Positions 12,827 to 25,314 of a stretch of 51,900 bases of DNA are shown here, piece after piece. The position numbers and the translations under genes are program-made. Under the pieces are notes generated by a model, which did no database searches, was not told where the DNA came from, and saw nothing but the letters and a program-made list of their open reading frames with translations. Source of the DNA: Chiloscyllium plagiosum (taxonomy: Eukaryota); NCBI RefSeq assembly GCF_004010195.1, contig NC_057752.1:4353626-4405525 (forward strand). The letters run 5' to 3'. Each line of letters opens with the position of its first letter. Position 1 is the first letter of the stretch.

Positions 12827-12970
12827 CTTCATCAGGTGATAGGTCTATCACCTGATGAAGGAGCGTCGCTCTGAAAGCTAGTGTGCTTCCAATTAAACCT
12901 TTTGGACTGTAACCTGGTGTTGGGTGATTTTTAACTTTGTACACCCCAGTCCAACACCGGCATCTCCAAA
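12827..12970 (+). mobile_element. Penelope pLTR insertion with 5' fold-back and 11-bp TSD
   Basis: TSD ttttgagtctc at 12816-12826 and 12971-12981; perfect 19-bp hairpin at 12824-12863. Confidence 0.85.
12849..12883 (+). ncRNA. Minimal type-I hammerhead ribozyme motif (Penelope-associated, dimer type)
   Basis: cac-CTGATGA-a-GGAGC-gtc-GCTCT-GAAA-GCTA-gtg: core boxes, stem II, palindromic AGCT in place of stem III, and cac/gtg stem I. Confidence 0.7.
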
Positions 12971-13271
12971 TTTTGAGTCTCACATTACCGTGGTTATGCT
13001 TCTGGTTTTGAAATTCACCAGGCCTGGTTCTTGGGTGTGGGTTTCACGACTCATGACCTGCCCACATTGGATCTGACTAAGGTGGGTGCCACTCAAAGTT
13101 ATGTGCCCAATTGTAAGGTATGACCAAACAGGCCCTGAGCTGCTGTTTACACCATCGTGCTGCCACCTCCTCTGTAGGGTGCCAAGCAATATTGTGCAGA
13201 TATGTAGTCCAGCCAACCTTCTCGAAGGCCGATGCCCCTGTTAAAGGGACGTTGTGCTGAATAATATTGGT

Positions 13272-13488
13272 GTCGAGAGTGTGGTGCTGGAAAAACACAG
13301 CAGGTCAGGCAGCATCCAAGGAGCAGGAGAGTCGACATTTCGGGCATAAACCCTTCATCAGGAATTGATGAAGGGCTTTTGCCTGAAACGTCGATTCTCC
13401 TGCTCCTCGGATGCTGCCTGACCTGCTGTGCTTTTCCAGCACCACACTCTCGACTCTGATCTCCAGCATCTGCAGTCCTCACTTTCTC
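13272..13488. mobile_element. Penelope pLTR fold-back element (about 90-bp inverted arms)
   Basis: Arms meet at cttcatcaggaattgatgaag; imperfect TSD ctgaataa(t/c)attgg(t/c)g at 13257-13272 and 13489-13504. Confidence 0.85.
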
Positions 13489-13589
13489 CTGAATAACATT
13501 GGCGGAATTTGCATGATATGACATCAGAGCAAAGAGAGGCTTCGAGGAGGATGATGGATGCAGTGAAAGGAAAGTGGAGTTCCCGGCTT

Positions 13590-13975
13590 TCTCTGTAATC
13601 TTGCATTGATACAACACCTTTCACAACCTCAGTATGTCCCAAAGTGTTTTCTAATCGATTCGTTACTTTTGAAGTGTAAGAAGTTATATTGTAGGAAACA
13701 CAACAACTAATTTCTATATCACAGGCTTCCATAAACTACAGTACAACTCATGCCTAGGATACCAGGGGTAGCACCTCTGATCTTCTTCATAATAGTTCCA
13801 TGGGATCGTTGACATCTATGTGTGAGGGTAGGCAGGACCTTAGGTTAGTTTAACACCTTGCCCTCCCCCTATTAAGGTAGTCCCCCGACACTCTCTCACT
13901 ACCTCACTGGAGTGTCAGCTGAAGCTGTGTGCTCTGTTTTGGAGTGAGAATTGAACACACAACCTCTCAAAGCTG
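13590..13975 (-). mobile_element. Old Deu-domain SINE
   Basis: 'acctttcacaacctcagtatgtcccaaagtg...tacttttgaagtgta...ccatgggatc...cactggagtgtcagc'. Confidence 0.75.
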
Positions 13976-14444
13976 TCAGCTGGCTAGTAAAATTCCATTC
14001 TCAGAAAATGCCTGTTAAAAAAGTTTCCTTGTAAGTCATTAATTATAGCGAAACCTTTTTGCCTGCTTTGTGTCTGAAATGCTGCTGAAGATAAGACTGT
14101 GATGTGTCCAAAAAAGTTTTGAAGATAAGGTATTGGGCAGGGCAGTCATGAAGAGTGACTTGCATTTACCTTAAAGTCAATAGGAGGGGGTTGGGGGAGA
14201 GATTGGAATTCTGTTGCATTCCCTAAATCAGTCTACTTCACTTACCCAAACACATCAAAGGTCAGGTAAGTTCATCAGCAATTCAGTGAAACCCCAATGA
14301 TTCTGCAGAGTAATCTTTTCCAGTTATATTAAAACAATGTTTGTTCACTCCATTGAACATGATAGTTCAAGCAGCCGGGAACATCAGGGCTGGAGTTCCA
14401 CTGGGGGTGCTCTGGGTTTTGAATGATGGCTGACAGTCATGGAA

Positions 14445-14690
14445 TACACGTGCAGAAGGAAGCTATGTGGCCCATCAGGTCTGGATTGGGTCTTTCAGAG
14501 AGCAATCCAGCGAGTTCTTTCCCTACATCCTGGCAGTTTTTAATCCCACTCTCTTTCAAAGATGGTGACTGATTTGGCCTCTGCCACACTGTCAGGCACT
14601 ACATTCCAAATCCCAACCACTTGCTATGCAACTTTCATGTTGTTTCTGGTTCTTTCGCCAATTCTTTTAATCCATACACTGTGGTTTTCA
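14445..14690 (-). mobile_element. Old CR1 3' fragment
   Basis: 'gcagaaggaagctatgtggcccatc...ccacactgtcaggcactacattccaaatcccaaccactt'. Confidence 0.55.
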
Positions 14691-15254
14691 GTACTACTGT
14701 GACCAGAGCTGCAGACACAGCTCTTCCTTGAGCTGCAGAGACAGACCGTTTTTACAGTGTTACTGTAGTGTTACAGTAGGGTAGTATTAATTACAAGACA
14801 ATTTGAATTAAATTACATTCAATGGAAAATAATCCATTGTCCGGCAGTTGCAGTCAGATAATAATTGTAACAGGAGGTTCTGTTCCTCTGCTAGAGCAAG
14901 TGCTAGTGTCCAGTATCCTGGTTACAGTGGGTCAGCAGGGTGGAGTGCATTCTCGTCAGGCATCTGGGTGCCACTCAGTCTAGGTAGGCTTTGTGGGGTT
15001 TCAGTACCTGAGGACACTGGGGATGCTCTCGGGCTGCAGGAGCACGGATGCTATTGTGAGGTAAGAAGTCTGTTATCAGATCATTGAAGGATTGTATTCT
15101 TTCAGTCTGGAAGCTGTTTAGGTAAAGTCTCATTTTGCTGTTTAGTTCCTGAGCTGGTTGTGGTCAAATTGAGGCTCTGTTTAGCTAAGAACAGACATGG
15201 CTTCTGTGAACAAGTAGTGGGCAGGCAGAGCGGCTTATTTTTTCTCCCACACGA

Positions 15255-15803
15255 CGAACCTAATCTCGTCCCATTTGCCAGCATTTGGCCCATATCCCTC
15301 TAAACCCTTCATTTTCATATACCCATCCAGATACCTTTTAAATGTCATTGTACCAACCTCCACCACTTCCTCTGGCAGCTCATTCTATACACACAGCACC
15401 CTCTGCGTGAAAAGTTTGCCCCTTCTGTCCCTTTTATATCTTTTCCCTCTCACCTAAACCAATGCCCCACCCCAGGGAAATAACCTTGTCTATTTATCCT
15501 GTCTATGCCTCTCATGATTTTACAAACCTCTATAAAGTCACCACTCCAACGCTCCAGGGAAAACAGCCCCAGCCTATTCAACCTCTCCCTATAGCTCAAA
15601 TCCTCCAACCCTGGCAACATCCTTACAAATCTTTTCTGAACCCTTTCAAGTTTCACAACATCCTTCTTATAGCAGGGAGACCAGAACTGCATGCAATATT
15701 CCAAAAGTGGCCTAACCAATGTCCTGTACAGCCACAATATGGCCTCCCAATTCCTGTACTCAATGCACTGACCAGTAAAGGAAAGCATACCAAGCGCCTT
15801 CTT
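15255..15803 (-). mobile_element. CR1/HER1 3' fragment
   Basis: ORF 15450-15788: LYRTLVRPLLEYCMQFWSP. Confidence 0.93.
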
Positions 15804-16358
15804 CCAGGGCTATCAAACAAAAATGTTGTGAAAAATGTGTTAACCAGGCTAGAAAAATGATAACCATCTCAACACAAACTGATAGTCTGAGACTTCTGTC
15901 CTTTTCTGATACCAGGTCGCAAGGCCATAGGGTCAGAGCCTGTTTTCTGGCCCTAGCATACATTTGACGAGAGAGGCCTGAAACTATCCAGCGACTAAGC
16001 CTCAGGCTGTCCAGAAATAACGGCCTAACTGCTTGCTCAGGCCTCCAGAACTTGTGTCACCAGAAAAATTAATTTAGGATTTCCAGCAATGACATTTTGG
16101 TAAGAAACATCTGAGGGGATGTTGTGGGGTGGATTACATCAGGCAATTGCGTGGAAAGGTTCACTGGGGAAGGAGATCAATCAGCAGGACTATAGAGTCA
16201 GTGAGGAAGGGGGAGGGAAGGGGACATCGGTGGTAAAGGGAAGCATTGATCCCCTGGATTAAACAGAAAATTATATTTAGCAGGAGAAAAATTGGACATG
16301 AAGCATTCCACGGTGAAATGAGCACAACTCGAGCTCATAAGCTTGAAAAACAAGGGCA

Positions 16359-16838
16359 ACATTCCTGATGAAGGGCTTATGTGTGAAGCATTGACTCTCC
16401 TGCTCCTCAGATTGATAGAATCCCTCCAGTGTGGAAACAGGCCCTTCAGCCCAACAAGTCCACACTGACCCTGCAAAGAGTATCACATCCAAGTCCATTC
16501 CCCTACCCTGTCATTCTACTTTTACCCCTGACTAATGTAGTTTACCTACACAGTCCTGAAGACTATGGGTAATGTAGCACGGCCAATTAACCCAACCTGC
16601 ATATCGTTGGACTATGGGAGGAAACTGGAGCACCTAGAGGAAACCCACGCAGACACAGGGAGGATGTGCAAACTCCACGCAGACAGTTACCCAAGGCTGG
16701 GATTGAACCTGGGTCCCTGGGGCAATGAGACAACAGTGCTAACCACTGAGCCACCCATGCTGCCTGACCTGCTGTGCTTTTCCAGCACCCCACATTTCGA
16801 CTCTGATTTCCAGCACCTGCAGTCCTCACTTTCACCCT
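16359..16838 (+). mobile_element. Penelope pLTR fragment split by an HE1 SINE
   Basis: 'cattcctgatgaagggcttatg...ctcctcagat' resumes as 'atgctgcctgacctgctg...cagtcctcactttc' after 16756. Confidence 0.75.
16411..16756 (-). mobile_element. HE1-type V-SINE (longer subfamily)
   Basis: V-domain and head, with an extra 'cctacacagtcctgaagactatggg' segment. Confidence 0.85.
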
Positions 16839-17395
16839 GAAAAAAGCTGCAAGCCATTCACAAATATTGAGCCCAGTATCCTTGAGATCTTAAATTCTCC
16901 TGTGGTGTTGTTCACAGATACTGTGGTGAGACGACATAAGGTTCAATGAAGCAGAATAAATTTGAGAGAGAACTGGACATATTTTCTTGTGGGCAAAATG
17001 ATATGGCTGAGGAAATTCAAGTCAGAGGGTATAGGCTGAAAGAAACTGGCGTGGGACAGATTCAGTGACTGGTGTCAAAGCTTGACAATGAAGAGTTCCA
17101 AAGAGTTCAGAGAATGATCAGAGACACAGCACTGAGAAATGAAAATTAAGCTGCATTATTAAATCAGTGGGATATGAATTTTTGAGACTGCTGTTCTGAA
17201 ATTGGACAAAGCCACGTCCTGAAATTGCCAGTTAAAAATAGAAAATGCAGGAAACATTCAATAGCTCGAGCAAGAGGAATGGAGAGAGCTCAGTTGGCTG
17301 ATTTGCAGGGTGATGCCAACAAGCATGGGTTCAATTCCTGTACTGCCTGAGATCACTGCTGAAGGTCTTGTTTTCTCAACCTTGCCCAAGAAGTG

Positions 17396-17612
17396 TTCTC
17401 CCCGTGTCTGCGTGGGTTTCCTCCGGGTGCTCCGGTTTCCTCCCACAGTCCAAAGATGTGCAGGTCAGGTGAATTGGCCATGCTAAATTGTCCGTAGTGT
17501 TAGGTAAGGGGTAAATGTAGGGGTATGGGTGGTTTGCGCTTCGGCGGGTCGGTGTGGACTTGTTGGGCCGAAGGGCCTGTTTCCACACTGTAAAGTAATC
17601 TAATCTAATCTA
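17396..17612 (+). mobile_element. 5'-truncated young HE1 SINE inserted in an older tRNA-derived SINE (about 17280-17700)
   Basis: TSD aagtg at 17391-17395 and 17613-17617; the host has a B-box-like 'ggttcaattcc' near 17328. Confidence 0.85.
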
Positions 17613-17752
17613 AAGTGGTCACCCTCAGGTTAAACTCGCCAGCACCAGTCCCCCCACCGCCTCTCTTTCTCTGTCATCGAAGAGCAGCTTCTGAATTTAT
17701 GGCAGGATTTTCCCTAGCGGGCTTCTGATCCATGCAGCCTCAAATGGCTCAG

Positions 17753-18045
17753 AGGCGGCACAGTGGCTCACAGCACCAGGGTCTCAGGTTTGATTCCAGC
17801 CTCGGGTGGTTGTCTGTGTGGAGTTTGCACATTCTCCCTGTGTCTGTGTGGGTTCCCTCCAGGTGCTCCGGTTTCCTCCCACAGTCCAAAGATGTGCAGG
17901 TCAGGTGAATTGGCCATGTTGAATTTCCCATAGTGTTAGGTGCATTAGACAGAGGGAAATGGGCTTGGGTGGGTTACGGCTCAGAGGGCCGGTGTGGACT
18001 GGTCAGGCCGAAGGGCCTGTTTCCACATTGCAGGGAATCTAATCT
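17753..18045 (+). mobile_element. HE1-type V-SINE
   Basis: Head with small deletion, V-domain, tail. Confidence 0.88.
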
Positions 18046-18185
18046 GAAGTCCGCACTGTGTGCGAAACAGCCACTCACTGTAATTTTCCCAATTTACTGG
18101 CCAGAGGGAAGGCTTGCAACCCAAACTGGACTCTCAAAGCTGGAGGGCCAATCGTAGAAAAAGGAGCAGGAGTGAGCCATTCATT

Positions 18186-21100
18186 CAGAGAGTCAGAGAG
18201 TCATAGAGTCACAGAGTCATAGAGTCATAGAACCATCGAGTCATAGAGATGTACAGCACGGAAACAGACCCTTCGGTCCAACCCATCCATGCCGACCAGA
18301 TATCCCACCTGCCAGCACCCGGCCCATATCCCTCCAAACCCTTCCTATTCATACACCCATCCAAATACCTTTTAAATGTTGTAATTGTACCAGCCTCCAC
18401 CACTTCCTCTGGCAGCTTATTCCATNNNNNNNNNNNNNNNNNNNNNNNNNNNNNNNNNNNNNNNNNNNNNNNNNNNNNNNNNNNNNNNNNNNNNNACTTT
18501 CAAGGAGCTATGAACCTGCACTCCAAGGTCTCTTTGTTCAGCAACACTCCCCAGGACCTTACCATTATGTGTATAAGTCCTACTAAGATTTGCTTTCCCA
18601 AAATGCAGCACCTCGCATTTATCCAAATTAAACTCCACCGGCCACTTCTCAGCCCATTGGCCCATCTGGTCAAGATCCTGTTGTAATCTGAGATAACCTT
18701 CTTCGCTGTCCACTACACCTCCAATTTTGGTGTCATCTGCAAACTTACTAACTGTACCTCTTATGCTCACATCCAAATCATTTATGTAAATGACAAAAAG
18801 CAGAGGGCCCAGCATCGATCCTTGAGGTCACAGGCCTCCAGTCTGAAAAACAACCCTCCACCACCACCCTCTGTCTTCTACCTTCGAGCCAGTTTTGTAT
18901 CCAAATGGTTAGTTCTCCCTATATTCCATGAGATCTAACCTTGCTAATCAGTCTCCCATGGGGAACCTTGTTGAATGCCTTACTGAAGTCCATATAGATC
19001 ACGTCCACTGCTCTGCCCTCATCAATCCTTTTTGTTACTTCTTTGAAAAACTCAAGCAAGTTTGTGAGACATGATTTCCCACGGACAAAGCCATGTTGAC
19101 TATCCCTAATCAGTCCTTGTCTTTCCAAATACATGTAAATCCTGCCCATCATGATTGCCTCCAACAACTTGGCCACAAACAACATCAGGCTCACCGGTCT
19201 ATAGTTCCCTGGCTTTTCCTTACCACCTTTCTTAAACAGTGGTACCATGTTAGCCAACCTCCAATCTTCCAGCACCTCACCTGTGACTATGAAAGCAAAT
19301 CTTAGCAGGACTTATACACTTCATGGTAAGGCCCTAGGGAGTGTTGCTGAACAAAGACACGTTGGAGTGCAGGTTCATAGCTCCTTGAAAGTGGAGTCGC
19401 AGGTAGATAGGATAGTGAAGAAGGCGTTTGGTATGCTTTCCTTTATTGGTCAGAGTATTGAGTACAGGAGTTGGGAGGTCATGTTGCGGCTGTACACAAC
19501 ATTGGTTAGGCCACTGTTGGAATATTGCGTGCAATTCTGGTCTCCTTCATATCGGAAAGATGTTCTGAAATTTGAAAGGGTTCAGAAAAGATTTACAAGG
19601 ATATTGCCAGGGTTGGAGGATTTGAGCTATAGGGAGAGGCTGGACAGGCTGGGGCTGTTTTTCCTGGAGCGTCAGAGGCTGAGGGGTGACCTTATAGAGA
19701 TTTACAAAATTATGGGGGGCATGGATAGGATAAATAGACAAAGTCTTTTCTCTGGGGTCGGAGAGTCCAGAACTAGAGGGCATAGGTTTAGGGTGAGAGG
19801 GGAAAGATATAAAAAAGACCTAAGGGGTATCTTTTTCACACAGAGAGTGGTACATGTATGGAATGAGCTGCCAGAGGAAGTGGTGGAGGCTGGTACAATT
19901 GCAACATTTAAGAGGCATTTGGATGGATATATGAATAGGAAGGGTTTGGAGGGATATGGGCCGGGTGCTGGCAGGTGGGACTAGATTGTGTTGGGATATC
20001 TGGTCGGCATGGACGGGTGGGACTGAAGGGTCTGTTTTCATGCTGTACATCTCTATGACTCTATGACATATCTCAGCAAAGTGCCCAGCAATCACTTCCC
20101 TGGCTTCCCACAGAGTTCTAGGGTACACCTGATCAGGTCCTGGGGATTTATCCCCTTTTATGCGTTTCAAGACATCCAGCACCTCCTCCTCTGTAATAAA
20201 GACATTTTTCAAGATGTCACCATCTATTTCCCTACATTCTATATCTTCCATGCCCTTTTCCTCAGTAAACACTGATGCAAGATACTTGCTTCGTAACTCC
20301 CCCATCTCATGCGGTTCCACTCAAAGGCCGCCTTGCTGATCTTTGAGGGGCCCTATTCTCTCCCTAGTTACCCTTTTGTCGTTAATGTATTTGTAAAAAC
20401 CCTTTGGATCTCCTTAACCCTATTTGCCAAAGCTATCTCTTGTCCCCGTTTTGCCCTCCTGTTTTCCCTCTTAAGTATACTCCTACTGCCTTTCTACTCG
20501 TCTAAGGATTCTCTCGATCTCTCCTGTCTGTACCTGACATATGCTTCCTTCTTTTTCTTAACCAAACCCTCAATTTCTTTAGTTACCCAGCATTCCCTAC
20601 ACCTACCAGCCTTCCCTCTCACCCTGACAGGAACATACTGTGTCTGGACTCTCATTATCTCACTCTGAAGGCTTCCCATTTTCCAGCCGTCCCTTTACCT
20701 GTGAACATCTGCCCCCAATCAGCTTTCGAAAGTTCTTTCCTAATACCGTCAAAATTGGTCTTTCTCCAATTTTGAACTTCAACTTTTAGATCTGGTCTAT
20801 TCTTTTCCATCATTATTTTAAAACTAATAGAATTATGGTCGCTGGCCCCAAAGTGCTCCCCCACTGACACCTCAGTCACCTGCCCTGCCTTATTTCCCAA
20901 GAGTAGGTCAAGTTTTGCACCTTCTCTAGTAGGTACATCCACATACTGAATCAGAAAATTGTCTTGTACACACTTAAGAAATTCCTCTCCATCTAAACCT
21001 TTAACACTGTTGCAGTTCCAGTCTATGTTTGGTCAGTTAAAATCCCCTACCATAACCACCCTATTATTCTTACAGATAACTGAGATCTCCTTACAAATTT

Positions 21101-21776
21101 GTTTCTCAATTTCCCTCTGACTATTGAGGGTCTATAATACAATCCCAAGAAGGTGATCATCCCTTTCTTATTTCTCAGTTCCACCCAAATAACTTCCCTG
21201 GATGTATTTCCGGGAATATCCTCCCTCTGCACAGCTGTAATACTATCCCTTATCAAAAACACCCCCCCCCCCCCCCTCCTCTCTTGCCTCCCTTTCTATC
21301 CTTCCTGTAGCATTTGTATCCTGGAACATTAAGCTGCCAGTCCTGCCCATCCCTGAGCCATGTTTCTGTAATTACTATGATACCCCAGTCCCATGTTCCT
21401 AACCATGTCCTGAGTTCATCTGCCTTCCCTGTTAGGCCCCTTGCATTGAAGTAAATGCAGTTTAATTTATCAGTCCTACCTTGTTCTCTGCTTTGTCCCT
21501 GCCTGCCCTGACTGTTTGACTTGCTCCTTTTCCCAAATGCACCAGTTTCAACTTGATCTCTTTCCTCACTATCCCCCTGGGTCCCAACCCCCCACCTTAC
21601 TAGTTTAAATTCTCCTGAGTAACTCGAGCAAATATCCCTATCAGTATATTAGTCCCCTTCTAACTTAGGTGCAATCCATCCTTCTTGTACAGGTCACTTC
21701 GACCCCAGAAGAGATTCCATAGATCCAAAAATGTGAAGCCTTCTCCCATGCACCAGCTCCTCAGCCACGCATTCCT
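18186..21776 (-). mobile_element. Long CR1/HER1 LINE (ORF1 esterase end, APE endonuclease, RT), decayed
   Basis: (gagtcata)n tail; LGPLLFVIYINDLD...FADDTK, PGNYRPVSL...QHGF...DFSKAF, PTREGAKLDLLLG...SDH, GLYYRP; ORF1 'NLFWGRSDLYKKDGLH' near 21670-21720. Confidence 0.95.
19291..20066 (+). mobile_element. Young CR1 3' fragment nested antisense within the long CR1
   Basis: Uninterrupted frame KANLSRTY...PGAGRWD* (to 19984) with its own (ctatgact)n tail; the host sequence resumes at about 20069. Confidence 0.93.
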
Positions 21777-21996
21777 CTTGGTTGGGAGTGTGAAGTTTGC
21801 AGCAAAGCAAGAGGAACTGTCAGAAGAGCAGGATGGCACAAGGTCTTACCCACAGAGGAGCTACAAGGGGCACCCCTCTTACCTCAGTTCACAGAGGAGC
21901 AGTGGTGTCAGGAGACTGTGAGGGAGATATGCTGCTGCTGTCAAGAACTCACTGCCTCTGAATGACTGTGTAACAGTCTCCATCTTTAATCATGCA

Positions 21997-22343
21997 ATGC
22001 CTACAGTGTGAAAACAGGCCCTTCAGCCCAACAAGTCCACACCAACCCTCCGAAGAGTTAACCAATCCAGACCCATTCTCCTACCCTATTACTCTACATT
22101 TACCCCTGACTAATGCACCTAATGCACACATCCCTGAACACTATGGGGCAGGGATTATATTGGCCAATTCACCAAACCTGCACATCTTTGGACTGTGGGA
22201 GGAAATCAGAGCACCCGAAGGAAACCCACACAGACACACGGGGGAAGAACTTGCAAACACCACACAGACAGTTGCCCGAGGCTGGAATCGAACTCGGGTA
22301 CCCGGTGCTGTGAGGCAGCAGTGCTAACCACCGTGCTGCCACC
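21997..22343 (-). mobile_element. HE1-type V-SINE (longer subfamily)
   Basis: Head, V-domain, tail. Confidence 0.85.
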
Positions 22344-22469
22344 CCCCCACAATACAGCATAGCAACCCGCAGTGCTTGGCCAAGGTCCTCGACAACACAA
22401 AAGGAAATGCTTTAGAATTTCATGAGCCAGGGAGTTTAACCTCCATCTCCACAATCAAGGCTAACACTT

Positions 22470-22755
22470 CTGTGTCACACTGTGTGTTCAAGATGTCCAA
22501 TCCGAGGCCCAGTCTGCCTGTTCTGCTGGTTTCGAGGGATGTTGGATGTTAAAGATCTCGTGGCACAACTTTGAGAAGTTCTGCTGGGGTCTTGTAACTT
22601 CCTCCTTCAATCAACCTGCCTGGACTGACTCATCTTTCATTGTGTGCTCAAAATGGCTGGCCTGCTTATCGAGCGAGCACACTTTAAAATGTGTCAAGCG
22701 TCTTGGGATGGCTCAGGCTGGGTATGTTGAGGGGGCTACACAAATGCAAGCATGT
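22470..22755 (+). mobile_element. Very degenerate Deu-domain SINE
   Basis: 'ccgaggcccagtctgcctgttc...ggatgttaaagatctcgtggcaca...aaaatggctgg'. Confidence 0.5.
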
Positions 22756-23529
22756 GCCCACTCTCGACTGGACTCAAATGCAGCTGATGTGCGGAGGTTG
22801 GAGGGGAAGAGGTGATTCTTTGCCCACCATCGTCTGAGCTGGCTTTGAACTCTGCCACCCACTCCTCCTCCCCAGCCATGTGGGTTTCACAGGGAAGCAT
22901 GGTTCAGCCCACTATACACACAATTCGAGGTAAGCTTTGCTGAGGGAAAGACCGATAGCAATGCAAACTGAACAGGGAAGGGTCAGGAGTGGCACAACGC
23001 CCATGCAAAAGGGGAGTGATAAGCTCCTGAGTTATTACCTTGTTTAATTGCACAAGTTACAACCTTGCATGCAAAAGACTCACAATCAGTTGATCAATTT
23101 AAACTCCCCCACTGCATTACTCACTCTGCACTTTGGCTCCTGCTTTGGGGTGTGGAAAATAGGTAAACAGGGCTGTTGAGGGGAATTGTAATGGGTAGGG
23201 GAAAGAAAGGGAAGGGTCCGATATCAGAATGCATTTCCTTAGATTATATGAGGCAATTAGAATTGACATGACAAACATTTGTGATTAGGACTTCATGCAG
23301 AACAATGGATGTAAAGTGGAAGCTGACTTTGTAGTAAGTATTCGGCCGGTATCACACCTGTTAGAGAAGAGGATTCAGATGTGTACTATGAACAAAGGTG
23401 TGGCACTTTATAGGTTGAGAACTATCATAATTCTGTTTGCTAAAATAGATACATGGCACTCAGTAAGTCATCACCAAATGCTAACAGTTTGCAGATAGGC
23501 TCCAGCTAACAAAACCTTAACTTAAGCCA

Positions 23530-23724
23530 CCTATACCTCCTATGTTCATATCCAAATCATTTATATAAATGATGAAAAGTAGAGGACCCAGCACGAATCC
23601 TTGTGAGACACCACTGGTCACAGACCTCCAGTCTGAAAAACAACCCTCCACCACCACCCTCTGTCTTCTACCTTCGAGCCAGTTCTGTATCCAAATGGCT
23701 AGTTCTCCCTGTTTTTCCATGAGA
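23530..23724 (-). mobile_element. Inverted 5' segment of a CR1 insertion
   Basis: [20 protein letters not shown]...[20 protein letters not shown]. Confidence 0.9.
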
Positions 23725-23726
23725 TG

Positions 23727-24632
23727 TAATTAGTAAGTTTGCAGATTGCACCAAAACTGGGGGTGTAGTGGACAGCAAAGAAGGTTACCTCAGAGTACAA
23801 TGGGATCTTGATCAGATGGGCTAACGGGCTGAGGATTGGTCGATGGAGTTTAATTTAGATAAATGTGAAAAGCAAATCTTAGCGGGACTTATACACTTAA
23901 TGGTAAGGTCCTAGGGAATGTTGCTGAACAAAGAGACCTTGGAGTGCAGGTTCATAGCTCCTTGAAAGTGGAGTCGCAGGTAGATTGGATTGTGAAAAAG
24001 GCGTTTGGTATGCTTTCCTTTATTGGTTAGAGTATTGAGTACAGGAGTTGGGAGGTCATGTTGTGGCTGTAGAGGACATCGCTTAGGCCACTGTTGGAAT
24101 ATTGCGTGCAATTCTGGTCTCCTTCCTATCAGAAGGATGTTGTGGAACTTGAAAGAGTTCAGAAAAGAAGGATGTTGCCAGGGTTGGAGGAGTTGAGCTG
24201 AAGAGAGAGGCTGAACAGGCTGAGGCTGGTTTCCCTGGAGTGTTAGAGGCTGAGGGGTGACCTTATAGAGGTTTACAAAATCATGAGGGGCATGGAAAGG
24301 GTAAATACACAAAGTCTTTTCCCTGGGGTGGGGGAGTCCAGAACTAGAGGGCATAGGGTTTAGGGTGAGAGGGGAAAGACATAAAAGAGACCTCTGGGAC
24401 AACTTTTTCACACAGAGGGTGGTACGTGTGTGGAATGAGCTGCCAGAGGATGTGGTGGAAGTTGGTACAATTGCAACATTTAAAAGGCATCTGGATGGAT
24501 ATATGAATAGGAAGGGCTTAGAGGGATATGGGCCGGGTGCTGGCAAGTGGGACTACATTGGGTTAGGATATCTAGTTGGCATGGACGGGTTGGACCGAAG
24601 GGTCTGTTTCTATGCTGTACATCTCCATGAGT
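23727..24632 (+). mobile_element. CR1 3' segment continuing the inverted part
   Basis: Starts at ISKFAD- (ttagtaagtttgcagat) and runs to the CR1 tail. Confidence 0.93.
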
Positions 24633-25314
24633 CTGTGTCGCTATTTTGCAGCATTGCCTTGCAAAGATGCTCGCTCTCATTTTATTGCCTGTGCCTGGTA
24701 CATGGTGGCAAGCTACAGCACTGGCAGTTGATCTTGAAGAAAGCTTCCCACAATGATCTTGCAGTCTCTGTGGCATCTCAGCTTGAATCTGGTGACAAGT
24801 CAAAGGGATCTCCAAGCATCCAGCAGCATGGGCTCAAGAATCAAAGTCAGTCACATCAAAGCATTCGCACCCACAGCAATTGCATGCAACCAGAGCTAGG
24901 AAGTTAAAAACCACTGAGAGTTTTCACTCCTCATTTATTAAATTTTACAGATAGTGAGCAAAATGATTGGGAGATAACATGCGATTGAGTTAAAAACTTA
25001 AAGGTCAGAAAGAAGTTTGAAAGATAAATTGTGGAGGTAATGCAGAAATTGGACATTCGACAAGCGTTAAAATATTCTTTCTGGACCAGTCTGGTTGGTT
25101 AGCAGTAATTAAGATTTCACATCTTGTTTAAAAACTGAATTTGAGTCAACAAGATGCAACCTTTTCAAGGACTTTTACAGTAGACCCAAGAGAATCTGAG
25201 CTAACTCAAGTCAGTTCAGTGATTCCTGATTAATTACTGTCTGGGAAGAGATCTCAACAGCACACCTTTGAGAGAAGGGTTTCACTGCGTGCGTGTAGAT
25301 TCCAGAATTTACTG

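Noticed and set aside
14848..15066. Possible plus-strand coding exon ending gag|gtaaga
   Set aside because: Good donor, but no recognisable protein similarity and no partner exons
18426..18495. Apparent deletion of about 400 bp in the CR1
   Set aside because: Coincides with an N gap whose size is unreliable
19247..19984. 245-aa ORF as a host gene
   Set aside because: It is the CR1 RT C-terminus, fused by chance to antisense CR1 sequence
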